Shown in pieces: positions 40,772-49,756 of a DNA stretch of 64,000 nt. A program made the position numbers and the translations under genes. The stretch covers positions 640,001 through 704,000 of the forward strand of contig OZ252239.1 of NCBI GenBank assembly GCA_965249485.1. The letters run 5' to 3'. A model generated the notes under the pieces. That model saw only the letters and a program-made list of their open reading frames with translations. It searched no databases and had not been told where the DNA came from. This DNA comes from a bacterium (lineage in GTDB: Bacteria; SM23-31). Position 1 is the stretch's first letter. Every line of letters starts with the position of its first letter.

Positions 40772-40787
40772 GCTGCGATTGGAACTG

Positions 40788-41714
40788 TTACTGATTTAAT
40801 TTTGTCGCACGGGGATGAGCTCTTTTATATTCTGTGCGGAGTTTTTCTATTGAAACATGAGTATAAATTTGTGTTGTTGCCAAATTTATGTGCCCCAGCA
40901 GTTCTTGAACGGCTTTTATATCTGCTCCATTATCAAGAAGATGAGTGGCAAACGAGTGCCGGAGCATATGGGGATGTACGTTTACACCTTCGCCTATGTC
41001 GTTGAGCTGCCGCTCCACGACTCTTTGAACAGTACGTGCAGATATTCTGCTGCGCGGTCTTCCCCAAAAAAGCGGATCTTCCGAAACAGGAATTCGATAT
41101 CTATTTGCGCGAACATCAAGGTATCTGCTGATTGTCTGAAAACAGGTTATTCCGAAGGGAACAATGCGTTCTTTGCTTCCTTTGCCGAATACCCGAACTG
41201 TTTTTTCTTCAAAATTTACATCCCGGATACTCAAACCAACAAGCTCGCGCAAACGGATACCTGTAGCATAGAGGAGCTGTATGATAGCTTTGTCACGTGT
41301 TTCTGTTAACTCGTCGATTTCGGAATCAGCTGCAGAGGCGATCCGGAGCATTTTATCAAGCAGTGCATCTTTTCCAAGGTGATTTGGCAATGTCTTCCGA
41401 AGCTTTGGGCCGGTTAAAATGCTCATCGGATCTTTGTCAATTAATTTTTGACTCAGACAAAATTTGAAGAAGCTCCTAAGCGACGACAATTTACGCGCAA
41501 CGGTTCTTGCTGTTACATCTTTTTGGATAAGATAATCCAGAAAATTTCTTATATGGTGTACGTTGAAAGATTGAAGCTGCAACTCGGGCAGGAAGTTTTG
41601 AATCTGCTGAAGATCATTCCTGTAAGATTGAATAGTAAAGGGGGAATAACCTTTTTCTTTTGTAAGAAAAGTCAGAAAATTATGAATGTGATATGATAGT
41701 GCTAATCTTTTCAA
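40788..41714 (-). CDS. xerC: Tyrosine recombinase XerC
   Basis: RKLSSLRSFF, LLYATGIR, GKGSKER, HPHMLRHSFATHLL, LLGH, TQIYTHV. Confidence 0.9.
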   Translation of the reverse strand: MKRLALSYHIHNFLTFLTKEKGYSPFTIQSYRNDLQQIQNFLPELQLQSFNVHHIRNFLDYLIQKDVTARTVARKLSSLRSFFKFCLSQKLIDKDPMSILTGPKLRKTLPNHLGKDALLDKMLRIASAADSEIDELTETRDKAIIQLLYATGIRLRELVGLSIRDVNFEEKTVRVFGKGSKERIVPFGITCFQTISRYLDVRANRYRIPVSEDPLFWGRPRSRISARTVQRVVERQLNDIGEGVNVHPHMLRHSFATHLLDNGADIKAVQELLGHINLATTQIYTHVSIEKLRTEYKRAHPRATKLNQ

Positions 41715-41772
41715 TGCGCATTCTCTTCTTATTACAGTATGCCTTATATGAGCACATTCATTAATGAAAATC

Positions 41773-41787
41773 TCAATATTTGTGCCA
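41773..41787 (-). promoter_or_regulatory. sigma54-type promoter upstream of the xerC-hpf-hprK-PTS operon
   Basis: Minus strand TGGCAC-AAATA-TTGA (GG-N10-GA variant). Confidence 0.55.
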
Positions 41788-42049
41788 AAAAACGCGATAC
41801 AAACTACTATCCTCTCACATAGGCGTATTCTCCTTTATAATTCAACACTATATAAATAATAATTCTCATTATTTATGGACACTGCTTATATTTATCACGA
41901 ACAAATCAGGCAAAATGTTCCATCGATTCGGACTTTTCCGGATTAAAAAATCAAGGGTGCGCTGGAAGTTACATAGAAATTACAGGATAAATACACAAGT
42001 TATAATGCGGAAATTATCTGATTTAAAGCTTGTTTGGGTAGAAGTTACT

Positions 42050-44191
42050 TTATTCTTCAGAATCCTTTTTTTGGACGATATTGACGATGTTTTTGCAGTC
42101 GGGATAGCCGGTGCAGGCGTAAAACTTAGACTTGTTTTTGGATTTCACTTTCATATCCTTACCGCATAGCGTACATCGCAGAAGTGTATTTTTGCAAGAG
42201 GGATAACCGGAGCAGGCAAAAAATATACCGTATTTTCCTTTGCGGATCACCATATCTTTGCCGCATTCTTTACATATGTGACCTGTTGGTTGGGGTTCTG
42301 CCGATCCGCCGGAAGCATCGCCTTCGTTTTCAATGCTTTTCGCGTTTTTACAGACAGGAAAGCTGGAGCAGGCATAAAACTTTCCGTTCTTGCTCCAGCG
42401 GATTACCATATCGCTACCACACTTTTCGCAGGAAAACCCGGCTTTTTCAACCAGTTCTTGCTTGAACGTTTTAATATCACCGAAAACTTTATCGAGATTT
42501 TCCTGAAACGGCTTGTAAAATCCGTCGACAACTTCAAAGTAGTTTTTCTTTCCTGATTCGATGAGATCAAGCTCTGATTCCATGTGTGCGGTAAAATTGA
42601 CATCAATAATATCGGGAAAACCTTTGACAACAATTTTACTGACCATTTCGCCAAGTTCGGTAGGGGTCAGTTTTCTTTTATCACGCGTAATATAGTTCCG
42701 CGTAGTGAGCGTAGATATAATTTGTGCGTAAGTGCTTGGCCGTCCAATTCCGAGCTGTTCGAGCTCTTTAACAAGAGAACTGTCATTGAACCGGGCAGGA
42801 GGTTTCGTAAAATGTTGCTTCAAATCAGAATTCTGCATTTCAAGAATCATTCCTTCGGTCAAACCAGATGGTATTTTATTGGACGAAGCGCCATTCTCTT
42901 CAAGATCATCACTAATTTGTTGATCGCTCCATATTTTCAAAAATCCGGGGAATAAGAGTTCAGATCCAGTTAGGGAAAAATCACATGGTCCGGCACATAT
43001 CGTTACGGTGGTTTGGTTCGACACGGCTTCATTCATTTGGCTTGCAACGACGCGGTTCCAGATCAAGAGATATAATTTATATTGTTCATCATTCAAATGT
43101 TGTTTAAGCGATTCCGGCGGACGGGAAAAATAAGATGGTCGGACGCATTCATGTGCGTCCTGAACTTTTCCTTTCGATTTCTTTTTGAATATGCGTGCTT
43201 TTGCAGGTACGAAATCTGGTCCGTAATTATTGCGAATAAAACCGCGCAATTCATCGAGTGCTTCGTTGCTAATCCGGGTTGAATCCGTACGCATGTAAGT
43301 GATCAGACCGACGCTTCCCTCGCTTCCCAACTCAATTCCTTCATACAATTGTTGGGCAATAAACATTGTTTTTTTTGGAGCGTAGCCAAGCCGATTTGAA
43401 GCCTCTTGCTGAAGCGTACTCGTTATAAAAGGTGGAAACGGATTCCGCTTTACCTTCTTTTTCAGAATGGATTTAAGTGAAAATTGCTCATTTTTGTACG
43501 ATTGTTCAATTTCTTGAGCAGTTTCTCCATCGGGGATTTCTGCTTTTACTCCTTTGTATTTTGCCAGGACTGCTTTTAAAATATCGCCGTGAGGGGTGTT
43601 CAAATCGACATGTATCGTCCAGTATTCTGTCGGACTGAAACGGCGGATGCTGCTCTCGCGTTCAGTGATAAGTTTCAGGGCAACGGACTGCACTCTTCCT
43701 GCTGATAAACTTCCTTTGAACAATGTCCGCCAAAGAAACGGACTCACTTTATAGCCGACAAGCCTGTCAAGCACACGGCGAGCCTGCTGTGCGTCGACTT
43801 TCGGCATATCGATAGGAAAAGGATTATCAATCGCATTTTGTACTGCATTAAGAGTGATTTCATTAAACAATGCCCGGTGGACTTTCTTATTATTTCCAAT
43901 TTCTTCCGCTATATGCCACGCTATTGCTTCACCTTCTCGGTCGGGGTCTGTAGCAATGTATATTTCATCAGAGGATTTCGCCGCTTTTTTAAGCTCGTTT
44001 ATCGTCTTTTGCTTCCCTTTGATAGTGACATACTCAGGTTTAAATTTATCTTCGATGTCGACACCGAGCTGGCTTTCCGGCAGGTCTCTGATATGACCGA
44101 CGGAGGCTTTGACTGTGTAGTCTTTACCGAGAAATTTATTGATTGTTTTCGCTTTTGAGGGCGATTCTACAATGACTAACGATTTTTTCAT
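42050..44191 (-). CDS. topA: DNA topoisomerase I
   Basis: IVESPSKAKTI, DPDREGEAI, SAGRVQS, ITYMRTDS, C-terminal zinc ribbons. Confidence 0.99.
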   Translation of the reverse strand: MKKSLVIVESPSKAKTINKFLGKDYTVKASVGHIRDLPESQLGVDIEDKFKPEYVTIKGKQKTINELKKAAKSSDEIYIATDPDREGEAIAWHIAEEIGNNKKVHRALFNEITLNAVQNAIDNPFPIDMPKVDAQQARRVLDRLVGYKVSPFLWRTLFKGSLSAGRVQSVALKLITERESSIRRFSPTEYWTIHVDLNTPHGDILKAVLAKYKGVKAEIPDGETAQEIEQSYKNEQFSLKSILKKKVKRNPFPPFITSTLQQEASNRLGYAPKKTMFIAQQLYEGIELGSEGSVGLITYMRTDSTRISNEALDELRGFIRNNYGPDFVPAKARIFKKKSKGKVQDAHECVRPSYFSRPPESLKQHLNDEQYKLYLLIWNRVVASQMNEAVSNQTTVTICAGPCDFSLTGSELLFPGFLKIWSDQQISDDLEENGASSNKIPSGLTEGMILEMQNSDLKQHFTKPPARFNDSSLVKELEQLGIGRPSTYAQIISTLTTRNYITRDKRKLTPTELGEMVSKIVVKGFPDIIDVNFTAHMESELDLIESGKKNYFEVVDGFYKPFQENLDKVFGDIKTFKQELVEKAGFSCEKCGSDMVIRWSKNGKFYACSSFPVCKNAKSIENEGDASGGSAEPQPTGHICKECGKDMVIRKGKYGIFFACSGYPSCKNTLLRCTLCGKDMKVKSKNKSKFYACTGYPDCKNIVNIVQKKDSEE

Positions 44192-44246
44192 AATTAATTT
44201 TATTTTATTTGATTATTATTCCATGATTTCTGAATCTTTGACTCAG

Positions 44247-45275
44247 TCATTTTTGCTCTTTTTTTTCAAAATCGACAAGATGAAGTGCTTCTTTAACTTT
44301 ATCGGTTACACTTTTGTAGACTGCGCTGTTTTCCTGAAGAAAGTGGCGCACATTTTCCCGTCCTTGACCGAGGCGCTCTTCGCCATAAGAGAACCAGGTT
44401 CCGGTCCGTTCGATTATATTGTGCTCGAGCGCAAGGTCGATAATTTCACCTTCCTGTGAAATTCCCTTACCGTAGAGGAGATCAAATTCGGTATCTCTGA
44501 AAGGAGGTGCAACTTTATTCTTTACAACTTTCACTCTTGTCCTATTACCTACAATAGTACTTCCTTCTTTTAAAGAAGCAATCCGCCTGATATCGAGCCT
44601 GATGCTTGAATAAAACTTGAGTGCACGTCCTCCGGGAGTAGTTTCAGGATTTCCAAACATGACACCTATCTTTTCTCGAATTTGATTGATAAAGATACAG
44701 GTACATTGTGATTTGTTCACTACGCTTGTAAGTTTTCTAAGTGCTTGTGACATGAGCCGTGCCTGTAGGCCCATATGTGAATCACCCATTTCTCCCTCAA
44801 TTTCTGCACGAGGTACCAATGCGGCGACTGAATCGATGACGACCATATCTATTGCTCCGCTCCGGATCAACGTTTCAGTAATCTCAAGCGCCTGCTCTCC
44901 GTTATCAGGCTGCGATACGAGGAGGTTGTCTATATCGACGCCGAGATTTTTTGCGTAGTGTGCATCAAGTGCATGTTCGGCATCCACAAATACAACATTT
45001 CCTCCCAATTTCTGTGTTTCTGCAATAAAGTGGAGGCTCAATGTTGTTTTCCCGGACGATTCGGGTCCGAATACTTCAACAATCCTGCCACGCGGAATCC
45101 CGCCGACTCCCAGTGCTGCATCAAGGCCAATCGAACCTGTCGGAATTACTGGCAAATCGGACTGAATATTGGATTCTCCGAGTTTCATTACGGCCCCTTT
45201 GCCGAACTGCTTGTCGAGCTGTGATATAGCAACTTCAATTGCTTTGTCTTTTTTTATTGAATGATCTACAGCCAT
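44247..45275 (-). CDS. recA: Recombinase A
   Basis: [39 protein letters not shown]. Confidence 0.99.
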   Translation of the reverse strand: MAVDHSIKKDKAIEVAISQLDKQFGKGAVMKLGESNIQSDLPVIPTGSIGLDAALGVGGIPRGRIVEVFGPESSGKTTLSLHFIAETQKLGGNVVFVDAEHALDAHYAKNLGVDIDNLLVSQPDNGEQALEITETLIRSGAIDMVVIDSVAALVPRAEIEGEMGDSHMGLQARLMSQALRKLTSVVNKSQCTCIFINQIREKIGVMFGNPETTPGGRALKFYSSIRLDIRRIASLKEGSTIVGNRTRVKVVKNKVAPPFRDTEFDLLYGKGISQEGEIIDLALEHNIIERTGTWFSYGEERLGQGRENVRHFLQENSAVYKSVTDKVKEALHLVDFEKKEQK

Positions 45276-45435
45276 CTTATTTACTCCTCTCGGTATATAC
45301 AGCTTCTAATATATGCCGTATTCAGTAGAGTGTACGGTATCGGCAAAAGGTAATAATTGGGAAAACTCTAAATCACGTTTCAAAACGTGATATACATTAC
45401 CCTGAGAATTACATTTCGCAATATTCCGAAGAGAA

Positions 45436-45993
45436 TCAATCAAAATTATGTTCCGCGAGAACCGAATATTCCGGTCCTTCTTTGCGAAGAACGCTTTTCA
45501 TAAGAACCATTCTCGAAATCTGCAGGTCACCGGTCGCAATTAATTCCGATGATATAAATTTTTGCAGTATATCTGGTGGCGGATCAGTCTTAAAACGGCC
45601 TAAAGTCACATGTGCACGAAACGGCCGTTCTTCGCGTGGAACCGAAAGAGAGATACACCGATTATTGACCAGATCAGCGATCTGTATGAGTTCCGGAACT
45701 CCCTTTATGATTCCTGACCAGTAAACACGGGGCCGTCTCATGTTCGGAAAAATACCTGTTCCTCCGAGCGCTATGGTAAATTTACTAAAAAGTGGCGGCG
45801 CTCTGAAAATATCATTAGTTATTTTTTCAACAAGCTCTTCGGAAGTATCTCCGATAAATTTAAGAGTAATATGTATATTCTCCGGTTTTACCCAGTGCGG
45901 TTTGAAATTTTGCCCTGAGGCTTCTCGTTGAAACCGGTCGATCATCTCTCTAACAGATTCGGGTAATTCAATTGCTATAAAAGTCCGTATCAT
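45436..45993 (-). CDS. thpR: RNA 2',3'-cyclic phosphodiesterase (2H family)
   Basis: RTFIAI, HITL and HVTL motifs. Confidence 0.93.
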   Translation of the reverse strand: MIRTFIAIELPESVREMIDRFQREASGQNFKPHWVKPENIHITLKFIGDTSEELVEKITNDIFRAPPLFSKFTIALGGTGIFPNMRRPRVYWSGIIKGVPELIQIADLVNNRCISLSVPREERPFRAHVTLGRFKTDPPPDILQKFISSELIATGDLQISRMVLMKSVLRKEGPEYSVLAEHNFD

Positions 45994-47245
45994 TTAGCCG
46001 CAGCCTGATAATGTTCAGCATTGTTTGGACCGATTGCCCTTTGATTCTTGTCCGTTCTCCCCTGAATTGGAGTTTTGTGACGTAGGATCCAATTCTGTCT
46101 GAAAGACCAATGTAAACCAGTCCAACCGATTTTTCCGGTGTTGCTCCACCCGGACCTGCAATACCGGTTATCGAAGTGCCTATATCACAGCCACTTTGCT
46201 TCCGAATATTTTCGGCCATCTGTTGGGCTATTTCTTCACTGACAGCCCCATATATTTCAAGATTCTTTCGATCTATACCAAGCAATTTGATTTTTGCTTC
46301 ATTGCTATATGTTACAACAGCACTGTCAAAGTAGTTGGAGCTTCCAGCTACGTCAGTAATTTTATCACTGGCTCGTCCGCCAGTGCACGATTCCGCAACG
46401 GCGATTGTCATATTATGTTTTTTTAAAAGCGAGCCGACAACTGATTCCATAGACTCGTCATCATAACCGTAAATATTATCGGGTATAAGCGCAACAATTC
46501 TCTTTTCTATTTCCTGAATACTACGATTCAATTCTTTTTTTTCACGTCCCTGCGATGTAAGCCGGATATCGACACCGAGCGGATCCGGCAAAAATGCTAC
46601 TTCAAGTTCAACGGTTTCGGCCAGAACAGATTTCAAAATTTCGGCCAGTTTCGACTCGCCGATTCCAGTTGTCCGAATTGTTCTGGACACAACTGAAACG
46701 GAGTGTGATTGGTGTTTCTTGAGATACGGAACGACTTGATTGGTCATCAGTCCTTCCATCTCCGCCGGAACACCCGGAAGCATTATAAACAGAACACTAT
46801 TATCGTTAATAATCAGTCCTGGAGCAGTACCACGCTGATTCGGCAATGTAACAGCGCCCTCCGGGATTTCAGCCTGTGTAATATTGCTCTCAGGCATTTT
46901 TTTGTAGCCGAATGACTTAAACCGTTTCCGGACAATATCAAGCTGCTCTTCGCATACTTGAATTTCTCTACCGAAATAGTCAGCTACGGCTTTTTTGCTG
47001 ATATCATCATGAGTGGGGCCGAGTCCTCCGGTGCAAATGACAAGCGGTGCAGCAGCACAGGCTGCCTCTGCACCCCACTGAATCTCCTCTTGAGTATCAC
47101 CAACAGTAAGTGTGCGGACCGTTTTCAAACCTACTGTAGCAAGTTTCTTTGCAATATATGCGGCATTTGTATTAACAGTCTTCCCGGATAAAAGCTCGTT
47201 TCCAATAGATAAAATCGTCGCTTTGTCAGATATTATGGTATTCAC
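45968..47245 (-). CDS. cinA: Competence/damage-inducible protein CinA (MoCF-like + PncC domains)
   Basis: IGNELLSG, GGLGPTHDD, LPGVP.EM, AESCTGG, GIAGPGG. Confidence 0.96.
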   Translation of the reverse strand: MNTIISDKATILSIGNELLSGKTVNTNAAYIAKKLATVGLKTVRTLTVGDTQEEIQWGAEAACAAAPLVICTGGLGPTHDDISKKAVADYFGREIQVCEEQLDIVRKRFKSFGYKKMPESNITQAEIPEGAVTLPNQRGTAPGLIINDNSVLFIMLPGVPAEMEGLMTNQVVPYLKKHQSHSVSVVSRTIRTTGIGESKLAEILKSVLAETVELEVAFLPDPLGVDIRLTSQGREKKELNRSIQEIEKRIVALIPDNIYGYDDESMESVVGSLLKKHNMTIAVAESCTGGRASDKITDVAGSSNYFDSAVVTYSNEAKIKLLGIDRKNLEIYGAVSEEIAQQMAENIRKQSGCDIGTSITGIAGPGGATPEKSVGLVYIGLSDRIGSYVTKLQFRGERTRIKGQSVQTMLNIIRLRLNDTDFYSN

Positions 47246-47439
47246 GTTTTTGTGGACCTGTCACAGGTTGTCACCGCTTCGTACAGATAGTAATTGTATT
47301 ACGGGCAGAGATTCTCTATGAAATTCGAGTGTTGATACTGCCAAGTTGGGGTAATTATGCAGTTCTGTATCAATATTAGGGGATTAATATCGAACAATAT
47401 CGGGTAATAATCAAGAATTATTTAGTCTAGGTAATCGCT

Positions 47440-47904
47440 TTACAGCAACCAGATGATGAGCCAACAGCAAATATTGGTATAAATACCGGCAACAACGTCG
47501 TCAGACATTATTCCCCATCCCCCGGGAAGGTATTCAAATATTTTTATAGGAGGCGGTTTGAAAATGTCAATAATCCGAAACAGAAAAAAAGCGGCGATCC
47601 ATAGACCAATATCTTTCGGTAGTCCGATGAGTGCAATGATAATTCCCACAGCTTCATCGATATTTATTTTTGATGGGTCTTTTCCCCATTCGTCCACAAG
47701 CGCATGCGCAGCATGTGCACCGGTAAAAAAAACTACTACTGCCAAAAGAGTCATAAGAAGTGCAGACAGAGGAGACAAAAACCATAAAAATATGATCCAA
47801 AGGAGACTTCCGACTGTACCCGGTCCATACGGGAAATATCCCGTGAATAAACTAGTTGCTATCAGCTTGTAGAGCGGAGTCAAATTGATCTTTGTAGTGG
47901 GCAC
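47440..47904 (-). CDS. pgpA: Phosphatidylglycerophosphatase A
   Basis: PGTVGS, DPS...IDE..G, FR..DI.KP.P, GIMxDD..AG. Confidence 0.94.
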   Translation of the reverse strand: MPTTKINLTPLYKLIATSLFTGYFPYGPGTVGSLLWIIFLWFLSPLSALLMTLLAVVVFFTGAHAAHALVDEWGKDPSKINIDEAVGIIIALIGLPKDIGLWIAAFFLFRIIDIFKPPPIKIFEYLPGGWGIMSDDVVAGIYTNICCWLIIWLL

Positions 47905-47967
47905 GAATTGAAATACCGGTATATATTGGAATGTTACGGTAATAGGAATTTATACGAATGCAGGTTG

Positions 47968-48558
47968 TTAAAACGGTACTACCATTTTGTAAAATCTCCG
48001 AATCAGGTCGGTCAACGGGCTGCGATGTTCATATAAGTACACCAGTCCGGTTGCAATGGTAAACAGTGCTACAAACTCCAAATAATTGTCAATGAATACC
48101 TTCATCGACGCTAAATCTGCACCGTAGCGAATTTCAAGAATCAGATAAATAAACATCAAATATACTAAAATCACTTGACTAAATGTTTTCCATTTTGCTA
48201 CGAGGTTTGCAGAGATGGGTTTTCCGAACGCTATCATATAGCCACGAAGTACGGTGATTATTAGATCTCTGCAGACTATGGCAATGACCCATCCGAATTT
48301 GAGGTATTTAAGCATCACAAAACCGATAAGCATAGTTGAAATCAGAATCTTATCGGCAAATGGATCGAGAAATTTCCCCCATTTTGATACGTATCCGTAC
48401 TTCCGGGCAAAATGTCCGTCATACCAGTCGGTGAGTGAAGCAATTATAAAGACTCCGGCTGCAATATATTTAGCCTGTGGATCCTGTTTCAGGAGAAAAT
48501 ACAGTGCTACAGGTGTCAGAATAATCCGCAATACTGTTAGTTGATTGGGAAGCGTCAT
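47968..48558 (-). CDS. pgsA: CDP-diacylglycerol--glycerol-3-phosphate 3-phosphatidyltransferase
   Basis: PNQLT, TDWYDG..AR...GKFLDP.ADK, KWKT..Q. Confidence 0.95.
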   Translation of the reverse strand: MTLPNQLTVLRIILTPVALYFLLKQDPQAKYIAAGVFIIASLTDWYDGHFARKYGYVSKWGKFLDPFADKILISTMLIGFVMLKYLKFGWVIAIVCRDLIITVLRGYMIAFGKPISANLVAKWKTFSQVILVYLMFIYLILEIRYGADLASMKVFIDNYLEFVALFTIATGLVYLYEHRSPLTDLIRRFYKMVVPF

Positions 48559-48589
48559 GATATTTTAACATAGGTGTATATTGCATACT

Positions 48590-48614
48590 AAAAAAAATAG
48601 CGGGAATTCCCGCT
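48590..48614 (-). terminator. Terminator-like hairpin upstream of pgsA
   Basis: AGCGGGAATTCCCGCT followed on the minus strand by A and eight T. Confidence 0.6.
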
Positions 48615-48749
48615 CTGACACATCGCATGTTGCACTCGCAAAAATACGACTTTTTTCTTGAATGTCAAGAAAAAGTTTAGTTCATTAAGGCTGCCTAACT
48701 GCAAATTTAAACAGTTGTAAAAGTAAATAAAACAATGGTTTAGTTTTAT

Positions 48750-49703
48750 ATGAGATCTCGCGAAACAACCAGAAACAGACCATCTGAAACATTGTTATCC
48801 GGGACAGTGCTTGAAGGGTACGGCAGTTTTTATACCGTACTGTACCAACAATCGCTCTATTCGTGCACACTTCGGGGTAAATTCCGACAGATTGTAAGGG
48901 ATGAACATTCTCCTGTTTCAGTTGGTGATAAAGTGAAATTTCAGAAGATTGACGCAACTTCGGGCGTGATCGAGAAGCTTCTCCATCGGAAAAATAAAAT
49001 TTCAAGGCCCACAAAGTGGGGTCCGGTTAAGGAGAGGATTTTTGCTACGAATGTCGATCAGATTATCGCTATCGTTTCTGCAAAAAGTCCTCGATTCACA
49101 ACTGGTCTGATTGACAGAATGTTGCTGGTTGCAGTACGAGAGCGACTCAAAGGTGTCGTATGCATCAATAAAATTGATCTTATTGATATACGGGATATAG
49201 AAGATACCATTGCCATATACCGCAAGTTAAAGTACCGTATATATCCATTGAGCGCAAAGACAGGTGAAGGAATCCAGGAGTTACAATCTTTTCTGAATAA
49301 GAAGTTTTCTGTCTTCATTGGCCAGTCAGGTGTTGGAAAATCATCGATTCTCAACCGCCTTATGCCGAATTTGAATCTGAAGGTGCGGGAGGTGAGCAGC
49401 TATAGCAATAAAGGGAAACATACAACATCTTCTGTTACGGCAGTACCGCTCGATTCGGGAGGAATGATTGCCGACACACCGGGATTCAGAGATTTCGGAT
49501 TATGGGGTATTGAGCAAAACGAGGTGTGTACACTATACCGGGAGTTCCGAAGACATGACCACCGGTGTAAGTATCAACCCTGCTTTCATATTCATGAGCC
49601 TGACTGTGCGGTGAAGCGGGCTTATGAAAAGGGGAGTATTGCTTCATGGCGGTACGAAAATTATATGAGAATATTCAACTCGTATTCCGAACCTGCGTAT
49701 TAA
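48750..49703 (+). CDS. rsgA: Ribosome small subunit-dependent GTPase A
   Basis: VGD.V, NKID, GQSGVGKS, GKHTT, DTPG, C...C.H..EP.C. Confidence 0.96.
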   Translation: MRSRETTRNRPSETLLSGTVLEGYGSFYTVLYQQSLYSCTLRGKFRQIVRDEHSPVSVGDKVKFQKIDATSGVIEKLLHRKNKISRPTKWGPVKERIFATNVDQIIAIVSAKSPRFTTGLIDRMLLVAVRERLKGVVCINKIDLIDIRDIEDTIAIYRKLKYRIYPLSAKTGEGIQELQSFLNKKFSVFIGQSGVGKSSILNRLMPNLNLKVREVSSYSNKGKHTTSSVTAVPLDSGGMIADTPGFRDFGLWGIEQNEVCTLYREFRRHDHRCKYQPCFHIHEPDCAVKRAYEKGSIASWRYENYMRIFNSYSEPAY

Positions 49704-49756
49704 TATTCTCTCCAAAAAATTTTCAGCGCACATTTTTTCTAAAAGTTCGTCATCAA

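Noticed and set aside
40788..41714. Tyrosine recombinase as the integrase of a mobile element
   Set aside because: XerC-type motifs and housekeeping context; no att repeats, tRNA or cargo genes.
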